64,000 bases of DNA from an uncultured Bacteroidales bacterium (GCA_900319105.1 ONND01000008.1:17173-81172), one strand, 5' to 3'. Counted from the stretch's first letter, positions 35,257 to 45,241 are shown. Notes: a model not told the origin generated them from the letters alone. Made by a program: numbers and translations.

Positions 35257-38200
35257 ATGAAGATAGGTAAAGGCAATTTTACAACCGTATTCAAAGGGTT
35301 GTGTTTTTCGGTAGTTATTTTTATGCTCGCGGGTATATCCGTACGCGCGTACAGCGATGATACGCCCGGAGGCGGCGCAAAGGCGCCGACGGCGGGCGGT
35401 TATGTGGATGACCCGACGGCTAACGTACCGACCAATGCGTATGTGACGTTCTCCACGCTGTATAATGGTCATCGTTATTATCTGGGTGTAGATACGGTTC
35501 TTGCCAAGTCCGGCAAAGATACCGTCACTTACTACGAGGGAGCCAACTACGCGACTATGTGGATCGCCGGACCGATGTGGAGTCCGACGGGTAATGTATT
35601 ACCGACCAAGGATTATACCCGTACCGTCCAGAGCGTTTGGCTGAAAGAGAAAGTCGGCCGTAATAAATATCTGGCGCTCGGTACCGGTTCCGGTACGTAT
35701 AACACCTTGCGTCTGTTGGAGACCGGAACGATGTGGCACACGGAGAAAGACGACCGCGAGCCGAGCAAGTATATCAACGGTTTCCTGTATTATTACTCCG
35801 ATGCTACGGGTGTGGACGTATATCGCTATTTGCGGTATGACCCTGTCTACGGCTTCAGCCGTTTGTACGAGACCAAGCCTGCTAACTCGCAGCGTATCTC
35901 CGTATGGGACCGCAAGACGGGCAGCGACCTGATCTTCGACGTCCAGCCGAGAACACTGACTGCGGGTTATGAGACCAACAATCATGACACGACCAAGTAT
36001 CCTATTACCTCAAGGGTGATCTACTACGAGAACGTCGATCGTTTCCGCAGCCGTTTCGACCATACGGATGTCTATGCCGCGCAGAGTACGCCTATCACCG
36101 ATCAGAGAGTCTTAGCCGATCCGGACGGAGCCTATAAGCTCTTCGGCTACTACGAGTGGCAGTCGAACCCGACAGTCAATTCGGAGAATATCCCTGCCTA
36201 CAACGGCAAGTCCTGCATGAAAGTATGGAAGCCTGTTTTGCAACTCATAGACGGCGGCGATCCCGAGGACCCCGAGGACTACGAGGTGGTGGAGCAGTGG
36301 GGCGATTCGACCATGTTCTACGTGAGCGAGACCCGTTTCAAACTGGACGAGGCGACCAATATATGGCACGACACGGTGTATGCCATCGGAAGCGCGCCGA
36401 TTGACAGGACGGAGTGCCATTTCCTGCGCAAGCGAGGCGAGGGCGCACCGACGGCAGGCGACTACGCCAACCACAACGACTGGCTGTACGTGAAGTTCCA
36501 ATGCAAGGGCGTACACTACGTGGACTCGATCATGGTCTCCCGTCACACCTTCCACAACGCGCCGTTCACGACCATGACGATGAACAGCACCCCGAGCGAC
36601 CATACTTTCCCTTACACCCATAATAATACATTAGTAGGCGGAACAGCTATCAGCACAACCGACACCGCTAAAGTCTTCACCATCCGAGCAAGTTACAAAT
36701 CCGGTAACACGGTTTATAATGCCGTGAATGCCCCTGTGGACCGCTATATAGGTGAGAATGTGCCGGACATGAACCTCACCAAATACAGCGGACACGAGGA
36801 GGAGGGCGTATGGTACGACTCGCTGCAGGTGACAGCCGTTCTGCCGGACGGTACTCCGGCTATCGTAGGAGCCGAAGGAGCCGGGGAGGGAGCATGGATT
36901 GAGTCCGTGCGCCTGACCGCAAAAGACAAGATATGCGTCAAGGTATCGCAGTCCGCCCCGGAGGTGAACGCTAACCGCGTAGCACAGATAACCTACACAT
37001 ACCGCTACTGGCACTCCTCGGCAGAGGGAGACCAAGTGACCGCTAATAATAGCATTTGGGTTGTACAAGAGTGGAGTGGCGCACATGATGACGAACTATA
37101 CTCTTTCTACCATAAGGACAGCACCGATAACCTGCAAGGCGTGCATGAGCGCAAACGGACCATCTATATCACCCCGGGCGATGAACTCGCACTGCGTCTG
37201 CACCGTGACCACTGGGGCTACTACCGGTGGTATGACTATGATAATGACCGAGACATAGAGAACGACGGAGCATGGAGTTACGAGGTGGAACCCAAGAACC
37301 ATAAAGGTGACAAGTTCATGCCCATCAATATCACCACCTCCCCCACCTCGCGCGGAAGATGGGACATCAATATAGACAACCACTTCACGCTCAACACCGC
37401 TACACCCGAGCCGGTGATCAAGAACGAAAATCCCGCTACGCAATCCATCAAGGTAGCGTGCGACGTGAGCGCGTATAAAAATATAAAACATGAGGGCGAG
37501 ATAGGCGTCTCGTTGACATCTGTAACCGAACCGACGCTCTCTTACCGCCAGGTTTTTGATATCCAGCCCGCCAAGACGCAGGCGGACAAGATGGCTAACT
37601 GCCGCGGCGACGGCAGCGGGGCCAACTGGTTTGAGCAACGTACCATCATTGCTCCTATCAACAGGGAGCTGACTTTCACACCGAGCTACCCGATTGCAGC
37701 GGGCGTTTCCTCTGATATCGAACCGATGTACGAGGAGGACGAGTTGCAGTATATCTACTATTTCAACACTTCTAACATGGGAGTAATCCAAGGGGAAGGA
37801 AAAAATGATAAAGCCGAATACTTCAGTCGGATAGGTACTAAACGCAAAGTAGGTTCCAAACACCTTCAATTACTGACTTACGACTATATAAAGGACAATC
37901 TGGAAGATAATAAGAACTATACTGTCCTATTAGTAAACCCTCGGGCTAATCAAGGTTATGCACTCGGCTATAAATACAATGGTTTTAACTATTCACAATG
38001 GGCGGCTGAAGACAATCAAGAAGCATTGAAAGCATGGCTGACTGACAATACGATGAATCAATCGGCATATCAACTTACCATGCAAAAAAATGGAAATCAC
38101 ATGACCCTTGCGCGTGGTTCTAATGTTTTAACAGTAAACCGTGCTTCTGCTTTTTCTGACTACTGGGATATGGAATGGGGACAGAGTCACTTATGGGCAG

Positions 38201-41200
38201 CCGGAACAGAGATCACCTATTCTGCATACAATCCTTCTACTTCATTAAATGCTTCCGGATATGAGGGGGCAATGGTAAGATTATATATGGAGTATACTAA
38301 AAAGTTCTTAGGAATGGGAGCTACAGTAAAAGGATATTTACATGCCAAGAACGCCGAGGGAACTTCAAATAATTTCCATATTGTGGACAACATGCGTTTA
38401 GATGGAGATGAGATAAATGATGCATGGGTGTTCTATCTAATTGTAGATGACGGAGAAACATTTTACGAGACCCCGGCGTGGTACATGAGTACGGATAACA
38501 GCTCGTGGACCAAAGTGTCGCATTGGGACTATTCCAAGAATGCAAGCGTGACCGATGTTGCCGGCTATTCGATGCGTCCGGACGGCTCGCTTGTTATCGC
38601 GGACAGCAAACTGGGCACTGCCGATCAGACTATTTACTACCAACTCCGTACCGAGCATTTCCAGTTGGCTAAGATTACCCTTCTCACCAGGGACCCGAAT
38701 AAAGAAGGTCCTAAGGCGGGTGCCGGTTCCATTATCTCCGAGGACGAGATAGAGAACCACTACACCGTCCTCTACGACTTAGGAATGAGCACTTGGACGG
38801 CTCCCAACACCACGGAGATCAAGGCATACTACCACCATTTCCCGTGGAACTTCACGGAGTTCAGTTACCACTACCCGCTCTCTGTCATTAACAGTACCTA
38901 CCGCGACTCGGTAACCGAGATGCCGATGAAAGGCGAATACGCGTTCCTCAATAAGTTCAAAGTGCCGCACGGCGGTAAGAACACCGGTAATCCCGATGCG
39001 GAGTTTGAAGCCCTCGCCGGCGCAAAGAACGGTTACATGCTCTGTCTCAATGCCGACAACAAACGCTCTACTATCATGCGTTTCGAGTACCCAGCGCTGA
39101 CCTGTTCGAGCCAGAAGATTTACTTGGTAGCGGACCTCTGCAACCCCGTCAAGAACTCTTTCTCCCCGCAGATTACTGCTGACTTGGAGGGAACGAAAGA
39201 CGGCGGTGAAACATGGGAGACGATCTACCGCTTCAAGACCGGTAAGATCCCCTATGACGAGGAGCATGTGTGGTACCAGTTTGCGCTGCCTATCGATCGC
39301 GAACATGTCAAGGGGTATGACTATTTCCGCTGCACGGCGATGTTGGACGGAGCAACGAACAAGAACGCGCACCTGCTCATCGACCGCCTGCGGTTCATCG
39401 AGAAGTCGCGTACCTTCAATGTCTTCCAGAACAAGATCGAGTGCGTGCAGACCGATAGTGTGACCGCACTCATCCGTCTGAACTACAAAGCCGACACAGA
39501 TCTCTATAAACCGGGTATGCTCGTAGCGTACCAGTTCCAGAGATGGGACGCCTCTGCCAATGATGGCGCAGGCGGCTATGTGCCCATGAATAGCAGTACC
39601 GGTAAAAACGATTCGGTGCAACCGGGATATATCAAAGATGCCTTCACCGTACGGGAAGGTATGACGCACCTTAAAACCTCTGCCGGCTATGACTACGGCT
39701 ATGTCATGGTGCCGGAGGCGGATTATGATCCGAGCCTGAGCAATAACACGGGGAAACAGTCCGTTAAGCGAGGCGAACTGATAGATGCCGCTTTAGAGAA
39801 ACTGGGTATAACCGGCGATGAGGCAAACACGCGTAAAACACAATTCCTGAACGAGAAAGGAAACGTAAGTACCATTGATGAGATTATCAGCGGCGGTTCT
39901 ATTGATTTCGGTACCGCCTCCACACCGCATATCAAGTTCTTCGTCAAGGAAGGGAATGACTGGGTTATCTACCTTGCCTGCCGCCTGCCTATAGCGGCTA
40001 CGGCTAACAAAACCTTCCGCATCGGTATGACGATGATGGACAACCTGGACGATACACCTACCTTCACGGAGAGTTCGTGCGCTACCTTCCATATCCTGAA
40101 AATCAAGAATGCCACTACCTTGAAAGTCGATGGCGAGGATTGGACCAACCACTCACGCGACGAGATCAACGCCGATAATGAGCGCGGCGACGCGCTCAAG
40201 CCCCTTGCCGCCAACGAGACCTACCGCGCATCAGTGACCTTCGATCCGAACGTCCCGGGTGCGACGAACATACACTGCCGCTTTGACCTGCTGCGTGTGG
40301 ATGAGGGTGAACGTGGCCAAGCCGCTACCGATAAGTGGTGGACGGATAACTACGGCTGCACCCGTGCGCAGTTCTTCGATATGATGACGACCTTCCGTAT
40401 AGATGACGAGGACAACCCTATGCGTAATGTCACCAACTGGAACGATGTCAAGCCCTCCGATTTTGAATGGTCAGGACGTACGCCGGAGATTGCCCGTAAG
40501 ATATACAACACGCTCAACAAACTGATCGTCACCGACCGCAAATTAGAGATCGGTCTGGAGTACCGCGATATCTATCTGGGCAATGCGCAAGACGGCTATT
40601 TCTACCTCATCCCCATGCCCGCGAGCGGCACGTATTCGCACGACGGAAAAAGTTTTAACGCCACCGTCTGCAACAACCCCTTGTGGCTGGAGCTGCATAC
40701 CGGCACTTCGGCTTATTCGCTGCGCTTCGGCTATGACAGCAAGGTGGGCGATAGTTATATCGTGCCCGTCATCCGTGCCTCCAAGACCGATGCCAACAAC
40801 CACCTGAAAGTGCGCATCGCCGATATCACGCATGCGGCTACCGCCGGCGTGGTAATCGGTTGGGACTCCACGTATGTCATTGAGTCCAACGACCCGGGAT
40901 GGAATAGCACCAAGACCTTCCGCTACCACCAGGACCGTATTGTACAGGACGACCTCTATGATAACTACTACAAAGTACCGGCTGAGGGCGAAGCGGATAT
41001 GGATAACCACTATATCACCTTCACTCCGGTCAATGCCACCTATATCGCCCGCCTCACCAATACCGACTGCAACTGCTACGACTACGACCCCGCCGGTACG
41101 GTATATAACTACAATAAGTCCAACAAGGAATTCACCGACAACGCTGCCGGCGTATTCAAGACCCCGACAACACCGACTGAGGGTTGCAACGAATGGCTCG

Positions 41201-43338
41201 TCAAGCCGGGTACTCACGACGATCACCCCACGCCGGGATACCAGACGCCGAACAACTATGAGTTGAAAGCCGGCTATTGGTATAAGTTCAAGACGGCGTT
41301 CTTCTCCGTCTCCGGAGGTAACAAAGTACTCTCCAACGCCGGCGGTGACGGTGAGTGTCACGGACACGCCGAGTTCATCGTAGCCGTCGCTCCGGACACG
41401 GTACGCTGGACCCCGAGCCACCCCGATGCAGCTAACTTCTGGAACGATGATGACAACTGGACTGCCGTCGTCAACAAAGCCGACTACCACGGTGCCATTG
41501 CAACCGTGCCGATGGGCGACACCCGCGTCATCATCCCCGAGACCGAAGAGGGACTGCTGCCGATCGTAGCCGATGTGGTAGAGGCGCAGAAAGACGCCCT
41601 CCACTACGGCTACGCCAAGAACACCTGCAAGGATATCCTCTTCAAGAAGAACGCACAGCTGCTCGGTCAGGAGAAACTGGACTACACCAAAGCCCTGGTG
41701 GACGTCAAACTGACCTCCGGCACATGGCAAACCTTCACGCCCGCGCTCGATCATATTTATTCGGGCGACATGTACATCCCCGCGAACCCCGAGACCAGCG
41801 ATGCTTCCCTTTTTGCGCCGGGTGCCTTCAGCCAGGGTGAAGGAGATTCCTGGACTGAAAACCCGCGCGAGTGGCCGTACGTCGTTTATCAGGGTTTCTA
41901 CAACTCCTCTGTGCCCGTTGCGTTCTACAACACCGACGAGGAGGGTAATCCTGTCACGTACACCTACGCCCAATCCAAGAACTCCGTCGATTGGGTACAG
42001 ACCAATGTACTCGACAGGGCTTACATCCCGGGTAAGGCATGCGTGCTGAACACCTACGGACCGAGTGATAAGGACGGCGAGGAGATCATCGTCCGCCTGC
42101 CTAAGCAGGAGACCGCCTACCGCGGGTATGGCAGGAACCCGAGCGGTTCGGACTATATCGCCGGAGACGCAATCACGATGGAGGGCAAACCTGCCTTCGA
42201 TGCTTTGACCCACAATCTGGCGTACGACAAGACCGCCCTTGGTGCAAACGACTACAAGGACTATACCCTGACCAACGAGATCAGCTCGGATATCTTCTTC
42301 TTCGGTAACCCGACGATGGCGCTGATTGATGTTTATCAACTCTGTCTGGATAATGCGGATGTACTAAAGCATGAGGATGGTACCTACCATTTCACAGCCT
42401 ACCATCTGATTGACGGTACGAACTATACCGTCCGCGACATTACCGGTCCCGGCCAGTATTTCATCGCTCCGCAGCGCGCCGTGGGTCTGATCGCTGATAC
42501 CGAAGGAAAGTCCCTTACTATCAAGCTGGAACCGGACGCTCTGGTGGCACTGACGAGCGAGGGAACGATTGTCAATGATGCCTCTATCCGCGGAGGAGGA
42601 GCCGGTGCGCCGGTCAGACGCGCAGCCAAAGCCGCGGCACCCGCAACCCGCAACTACCTCTACATATCCGCGGCTAACGAGACCACCGATGAGTGGGGAA
42701 ACACCGTCAACAGCAAAGCGTACCTCACGCTCGGCGAGAGTGAGAACGCAACGCGCGGATACAAGCCGGGCGAAGATGCACTCAATATCTCCTCCGGTCT
42801 GAACTACTACAGCGACGGCTCGTTCTCCACGCCGATCAGTATGTACACCATCGCCGACAACCGCGCACTCATGTACGACATGCGCGACTCGATGAACATG
42901 GTACCGCTCGCGTTCACAACCCTGGATAGCCGGTACAGTATATCCAACTACACCCTGCTCTCCTTCGCTACCGAGGGTGATTGGAGTAAGCCGCTCTACC
43001 TCTACGACGCGCTCACGGGGGACAGCTTGCTGATCGTCAACGGTCTGAAAGTAAGCGTGGAAACGCCGCTGAACGACCAGATCCGTTATTATATCAACGG
43101 CGGTCATCGCACCGTCAGCCCCGAAGCCGTAGATCCAGGTATCGCGACCGGCATTGAGCTCATCAACGAAGAGCAAAATGACCAAACGGTAAATGACCAA
43201 ATGGTAAATATCTATGACGTCTTAGGACGCAAAGTAGCAACCTTACAAGAACACGACCTGATTTCTAATACCGTTTTGCCGACCGGAGTATATATCATCT
43301 CCCGCGGCGATAAAACGGAAAGGATGGTGATAAAATGA
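35257..43338 (+). CDS. giant (2693 aa) secreted/cell-surface protein with a T9SS type-A-like C-terminal domain, function unknown
   Basis: N-terminal signal-like KGLCFSVVIFMLAGISVRAYS. C-terminus VNIYDVLGRKVATLQ...LPTGVYIISRGDKTERMVIK matches the T9SS CTD pattern. Rich in Tyr/Trp/Asn/Asp/Thr. No tandem domain repeats visible by eye. Confidence 0.85.
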   Translation: MKIGKGNFTTVFKGLCFSVVIFMLAGISVRAYSDDTPGGGAKAPTAGGYVDDPTANVPTNAYVTFSTLYNGHRYYLGVDTVLAKSGKDTVTYYEGANYATMWIAGPMWSPTGNVLPTKDYTRTVQSVWLKEKVGRNKYLALGTGSGTYNTLRLLETGTMWHTEKDDREPSKYINGFLYYYSDATGVDVYRYLRYDPVYGFSRLYETKPANSQRISVWDRKTGSDLIFDVQPRTLTAGYETNNHDTTKYPITSRVIYYENVDRFRSRFDHTDVYAAQSTPITDQRVLADPDGAYKLFGYYEWQSNPTVNSENIPAYNGKSCMKVWKPVLQLIDGGDPEDPEDYEVVEQWGDSTMFYVSETRFKLDEATNIWHDTVYAIGSAPIDRTECHFLRKRGEGAPTAGDYANHNDWLYVKFQCKGVHYVDSIMVSRHTFHNAPFTTMTMNSTPSDHTFPYTHNNTLVGGTAISTTDTAKVFTIRASYKSGNTVYNAVNAPVDRYIGENVPDMNLTKYSGHEEEGVWYDSLQVTAVLPDGTPAIVGAEGAGEGAWIESVRLTAKDKICVKVSQSAPEVNANRVAQITYTYRYWHSSAEGDQVTANNSIWVVQEWSGAHDDELYSFYHKDSTDNLQGVHERKRTIYITPGDELALRLHRDHWGYYRWYDYDNDRDIENDGAWSYEVEPKNHKGDKFMPINITTSPTSRGRWDINIDNHFTLNTATPEPVIKNENPATQSIKVACDVSAYKNIKHEGEIGVSLTSVTEPTLSYRQVFDIQPAKTQADKMANCRGDGSGANWFEQRTIIAPINRELTFTPSYPIAAGVSSDIEPMYEEDELQYIYYFNTSNMGVIQGEGKNDKAEYFSRIGTKRKVGSKHLQLLTYDYIKDNLEDNKNYTVLLVNPRANQGYALGYKYNGFNYSQWAAEDNQEALKAWLTDNTMNQSAYQLTMQKNGNHMTLARGSNVLTVNRASAFSDYWDMEWGQSHLWAAGTEITYSAYNPSTSLNASGYEGAMVRLYMEYTKKFLGMGATVKGYLHAKNAEGTSNNFHIVDNMRLDGDEINDAWVFYLIVDDGETFYETPAWYMSTDNSSWTKVSHWDYSKNASVTDVAGYSMRPDGSLVIADSKLGTADQTIYYQLRTEHFQLAKITLLTRDPNKEGPKAGAGSIISEDEIENHYTVLYDLGMSTWTAPNTTEIKAYYHHFPWNFTEFSYHYPLSVINSTYRDSVTEMPMKGEYAFLNKFKVPHGGKNTGNPDAEFEALAGAKNGYMLCLNADNKRSTIMRFEYPALTCSSQKIYLVADLCNPVKNSFSPQITADLEGTKDGGETWETIYRFKTGKIPYDEEHVWYQFALPIDREHVKGYDYFRCTAMLDGATNKNAHLLIDRLRFIEKSRTFNVFQNKIECVQTDSVTALIRLNYKADTDLYKPGMLVAYQFQRWDASANDGAGGYVPMNSSTGKNDSVQPGYIKDAFTVREGMTHLKTSAGYDYGYVMVPEADYDPSLSNNTGKQSVKRGELIDAALEKLGITGDEANTRKTQFLNEKGNVSTIDEIISGGSIDFGTASTPHIKFFVKEGNDWVIYLACRLPIAATANKTFRIGMTMMDNLDDTPTFTESSCATFHILKIKNATTLKVDGEDWTNHSRDEINADNERGDALKPLAANETYRASVTFDPNVPGATNIHCRFDLLRVDEGERGQAATDKWWTDNYGCTRAQFFDMMTTFRIDDEDNPMRNVTNWNDVKPSDFEWSGRTPEIARKIYNTLNKLIVTDRKLEIGLEYRDIYLGNAQDGYFYLIPMPASGTYSHDGKSFNATVCNNPLWLELHTGTSAYSLRFGYDSKVGDSYIVPVIRASKTDANNHLKVRIADITHAATAGVVIGWDSTYVIESNDPGWNSTKTFRYHQDRIVQDDLYDNYYKVPAEGEADMDNHYITFTPVNATYIARLTNTDCNCYDYDPAGTVYNYNKSNKEFTDNAAGVFKTPTTPTEGCNEWLVKPGTHDDHPTPGYQTPNNYELKAGYWYKFKTAFFSVSGGNKVLSNAGGDGECHGHAEFIVAVAPDTVRWTPSHPDAANFWNDDDNWTAVVNKADYHGAIATVPMGDTRVIIPETEEGLLPIVADVVEAQKDALHYGYAKNTCKDILFKKNAQLLGQEKLDYTKALVDVKLTSGTWQTFTPALDHIYSGDMYIPANPETSDASLFAPGAFSQGEGDSWTENPREWPYVVYQGFYNSSVPVAFYNTDEEGNPVTYTYAQSKNSVDWVQTNVLDRAYIPGKACVLNTYGPSDKDGEEIIVRLPKQETAYRGYGRNPSGSDYIAGDAITMEGKPAFDALTHNLAYDKTALGANDYKDYTLTNEISSDIFFFGNPTMALIDVYQLCLDNADVLKHEDGTYHFTAYHLIDGTNYTVRDITGPGQYFIAPQRAVGLIADTEGKSLTIKLEPDALVALTSEGTIVNDASIRGGGAGAPVRRAAKAAAPATRNYLYISAANETTDEWGNTVNSKAYLTLGESENATRGYKPGEDALNISSGLNYYSDGSFSTPISMYTIADNRALMYDMRDSMNMVPLAFTTLDSRYSISNYTLLSFATEGDWSKPLYLYDALTGDSLLIVNGLKVSVETPLNDQIRYYINGGHRTVSPEAVDPGIATGIELINEEQNDQTVNDQMVNIYDVLGRKVATLQEHDLISNTVLPTGVYIISRGDKTERMVIK
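43176..43210. repeat. AAATGACC/AAACGGT family array in frame just before the CTD
   Basis: aaatgacc aaacggt aaatgacc aaatggt aaata. Encodes QNDQTVNDQMVNI. Near-identical to 33255-33293. Confidence 0.9.
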
Positions 43339-43742
43339 GAAGATTATTAGGTATTGTAGTTTGTTTATGGATTGTGGAGCGACTGTTAGCCGTGGAATAC
43401 CGGCCGATAGGATTTAGCTCTACTTCTGCATACGCCGGCTCGCAGCGAAGCGAACAAATGGCGATGATGCCCCCTAGCCGCGTGCAGACATACGGCTCCA
43501 TGAGCGCCATCAGCGCCGCGAACTTCACCGCCCTCAACAGCGAGGGAGGCGCATGCTATACCCCTACGGATATGGAGCGCCCGAAAGGCAATGTCCGCAA
43601 AGGGCGTAGTGGAGGGAATGGTACCGGTATGTATGATTTCCACTCCCCCGTCGGCGCTACGCCGTGCCTCTTCTTGGCGCTCCTTGCTGCCCTGTACGTG
43701 GTTTATAAAAGACCACGTTCACGGGCCAGCTCGAGCAAATAA
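43335..43742 (+). CDS. small hypothetical protein with an N-terminal hydrophobic segment and a C-terminal TM plus basic tail
   Basis: 135 aa. The ATG overlaps the giant gene's stop (ATGA). C-terminus PVGATPCLFLALLAALYVVYKRPRSR. The last 40 nt overlap the convergent cca-like gene. Coding status unproven. Confidence 0.45.
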   Translation: MRRLLGIVVCLWIVERLLAVEYRPIGFSSTSAYAGSQRSEQMAMMPPSRVQTYGSMSAISAANFTALNSEGGACYTPTDMERPKGNVRKGRSGGNGTGMYDFHSPVGATPCLFLALLAALYVVYKRPRSRASSSK

Positions 43743-45241
43743 GCTTTAGCTGGTTCGTATTCGTTGGGGATGATACCATCGAGTATGGCATCCTTGATGG
43801 CGGATTTCAATTCGCCTACTATAGAACAAGGTTCGAGATGCAGGATCTCCATGATCTCATCGCCTTTAACCGGCGGTTGGAAATTACGGATCCGGTCTCG
43901 CTCCTCCAATTCGACCATCTTCTGTCGAACGAGCTGATAGTTCCGATGAAATCGGGCTTTTTTCTCTTCATTACGGCTGGTGATGTCTGCATCGCATAGC
44001 ACCATCAGATCCTCTATATCATCGCCTGCCTCAAAGAGCAGACGACGTACAGCGCTGTCCGTAACGGTGTCTTCAATCAGGTTGATTGGCCGCATATGCA
44101 GGTCCACCATCTTCTTCACGTACTCCATCTTCTCGTTCAGCGGTAGTTTCATCTTCGCGAAGATCTTCGGTACCATCTTGGCGCCCAGATAATTATGGTT
44201 GCGGAAAGTCCATCCCGCCTGCGGATCCCAGGCCTTGCTACGCGGCTTGCCTATATCGTGCAGCAGCGCCGCCCATCTCAACCAAAGCTTGGTATCTCGG
44301 TCTGTCAGCGTAGCGGTCTGTGTTCTGTCAGCAAGGCGGTCTGTGTTCTGTAACTCCGCTACATTATCCAGCACCTTCAGGGTGTGCAGGAAGACATCTT
44401 TATGCCCCCGACCCTCTTTGACCTCGATGCCCTTGAGGGCGGCCAACTCAGGGAAGATAAGCGGTAAAAGCCCGGTTTTATCGAGCAAAAGCCATCCCTC
44501 CGAGGGCTTGCGCGAGAGCATGATTTTATTCAACTCTTCCGCAATACGCTCTTTGGTAATAATATGAATACGTTCTTTATTGCGCGCGATAGCATCGAAA
44601 GTTTCGCCATCAAGATTGAATCCTAACTGCGTTGCGAAGCGTATTGCCCTCATCATACGCAACGGATCGTCCGAGAACGTGATATCCGGATCAAGCGGCG
44701 TACGGATGATACAACGCTCTAAATCCCCGATTCCATCGAAAGGATCGAGCAGTTCGCCGTACCGGTCCTGATTGAGACAGATAGCCATGGCGTTGATCGT
44801 AAAATCCCGCCGGTTCTGGTCCTCCTCCAGCGTACCATCCTCCACAATCGGATTGCGGCTGTCGTGCTGGTAACTCTCTCTCCGTGCGCCTACGAACTCC
44901 AATTCTAATTCCGTCCTACTATGGGGTTTCCCCCCTCCACGGGGGGGCCGAAGGGGGGCTTTGACTTGCGCCGTGCCGTAGGTTTTGAAGACCGACAGAT
45001 GAGCACCCTTGCCCAGCCGTTTGGCTACAGCTTCTGCCAACAGGATTCCTACGCCGGAGCGTTGGGTATCTCGGTCTGTATTCGGATTAACCGCCACGAT
45101 GTCGATATCATCCGAAGGACGATGTAGGAACAGGTCCCGTACCCAGCCGCCGATGACGTAACACTCCAAGCCCAAACGATCGGCCTCTTCGCCGACCAAA
45201 TGAAGGATGGGATTATCTATTTTCGGGTCCGTAATTTGCAT
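43703..45241 (-). CDS. CCA-adding enzyme / poly(A) polymerase family nucleotidyltransferase with an HD domain
   Basis: 512 aa. GGWVRDLFL...DDIDIV (NTase motif), RRDFTINAM and LLHDIGKP (HD). Carries two repeat-derived inserts (44297-44352 and 44923-44963). Confidence 0.85.
   Translation of the reverse strand: MQITDPKIDNPILHLVGEEADRLGLECYVIGGWVRDLFLHRPSDDIDIVAVNPNTDRDTQRSGVGILLAEAVAKRLGKGAHLSVFKTYGTAQVKAPLRPPRGGGKPHSRTELELEFVGARRESYQHDSRNPIVEDGTLEEDQNRRDFTINAMAICLNQDRYGELLDPFDGIGDLERCIIRTPLDPDITFSDDPLRMMRAIRFATQLGFNLDGETFDAIARNKERIHIITKERIAEELNKIMLSRKPSEGWLLLDKTGLLPLIFPELAALKGIEVKEGRGHKDVFLHTLKVLDNVAELQNTDRLADRTQTATLTDRDTKLWLRWAALLHDIGKPRSKAWDPQAGWTFRNHNYLGAKMVPKIFAKMKLPLNEKMEYVKKMVDLHMRPINLIEDTVTDSAVRRLLFEAGDDIEDLMVLCDADITSRNEEKKARFHRNYQLVRQKMVELEERDRIRNFQPPVKGDEIMEILHLEPCSIVGELKSAIKDAILDGIIPNEYEPAKAYLLELARERGLL
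44297..44352. repeat. imperfect direct repeats (CGGTCTGTGTTCTGT..) in frame in the cca-like gene
   Basis: cggtctgtcagcgtag / cggtctgtgttctgtcagcaagg / cggtctgtgttctgtaac. Encodes NTDRLADRTQTATLTDR. Confidence 0.85.
44923..44963. repeat. GC-rich hairpin element in frame in the cca-like gene
   Basis: ggggtttcccccctccacgggggggccgaaggggggctttg. Contains C7 and G7 runs. Encodes KAPLRPPRGGGKPH. Confidence 0.85.

Noticed and set aside
40543-42339. 598-aa ORF antisense to the giant gene, plus others of the same kind (35599-35985, 36112-36621, 37096-37869, 38779-39669, 42364-43200)
   Set aside because: All lie opposite one uninterrupted 8-kb ORF that has a signal peptide and a T9SS CTD. None has a promoter motif or recognisable domains. 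They are treated as frame shadows.
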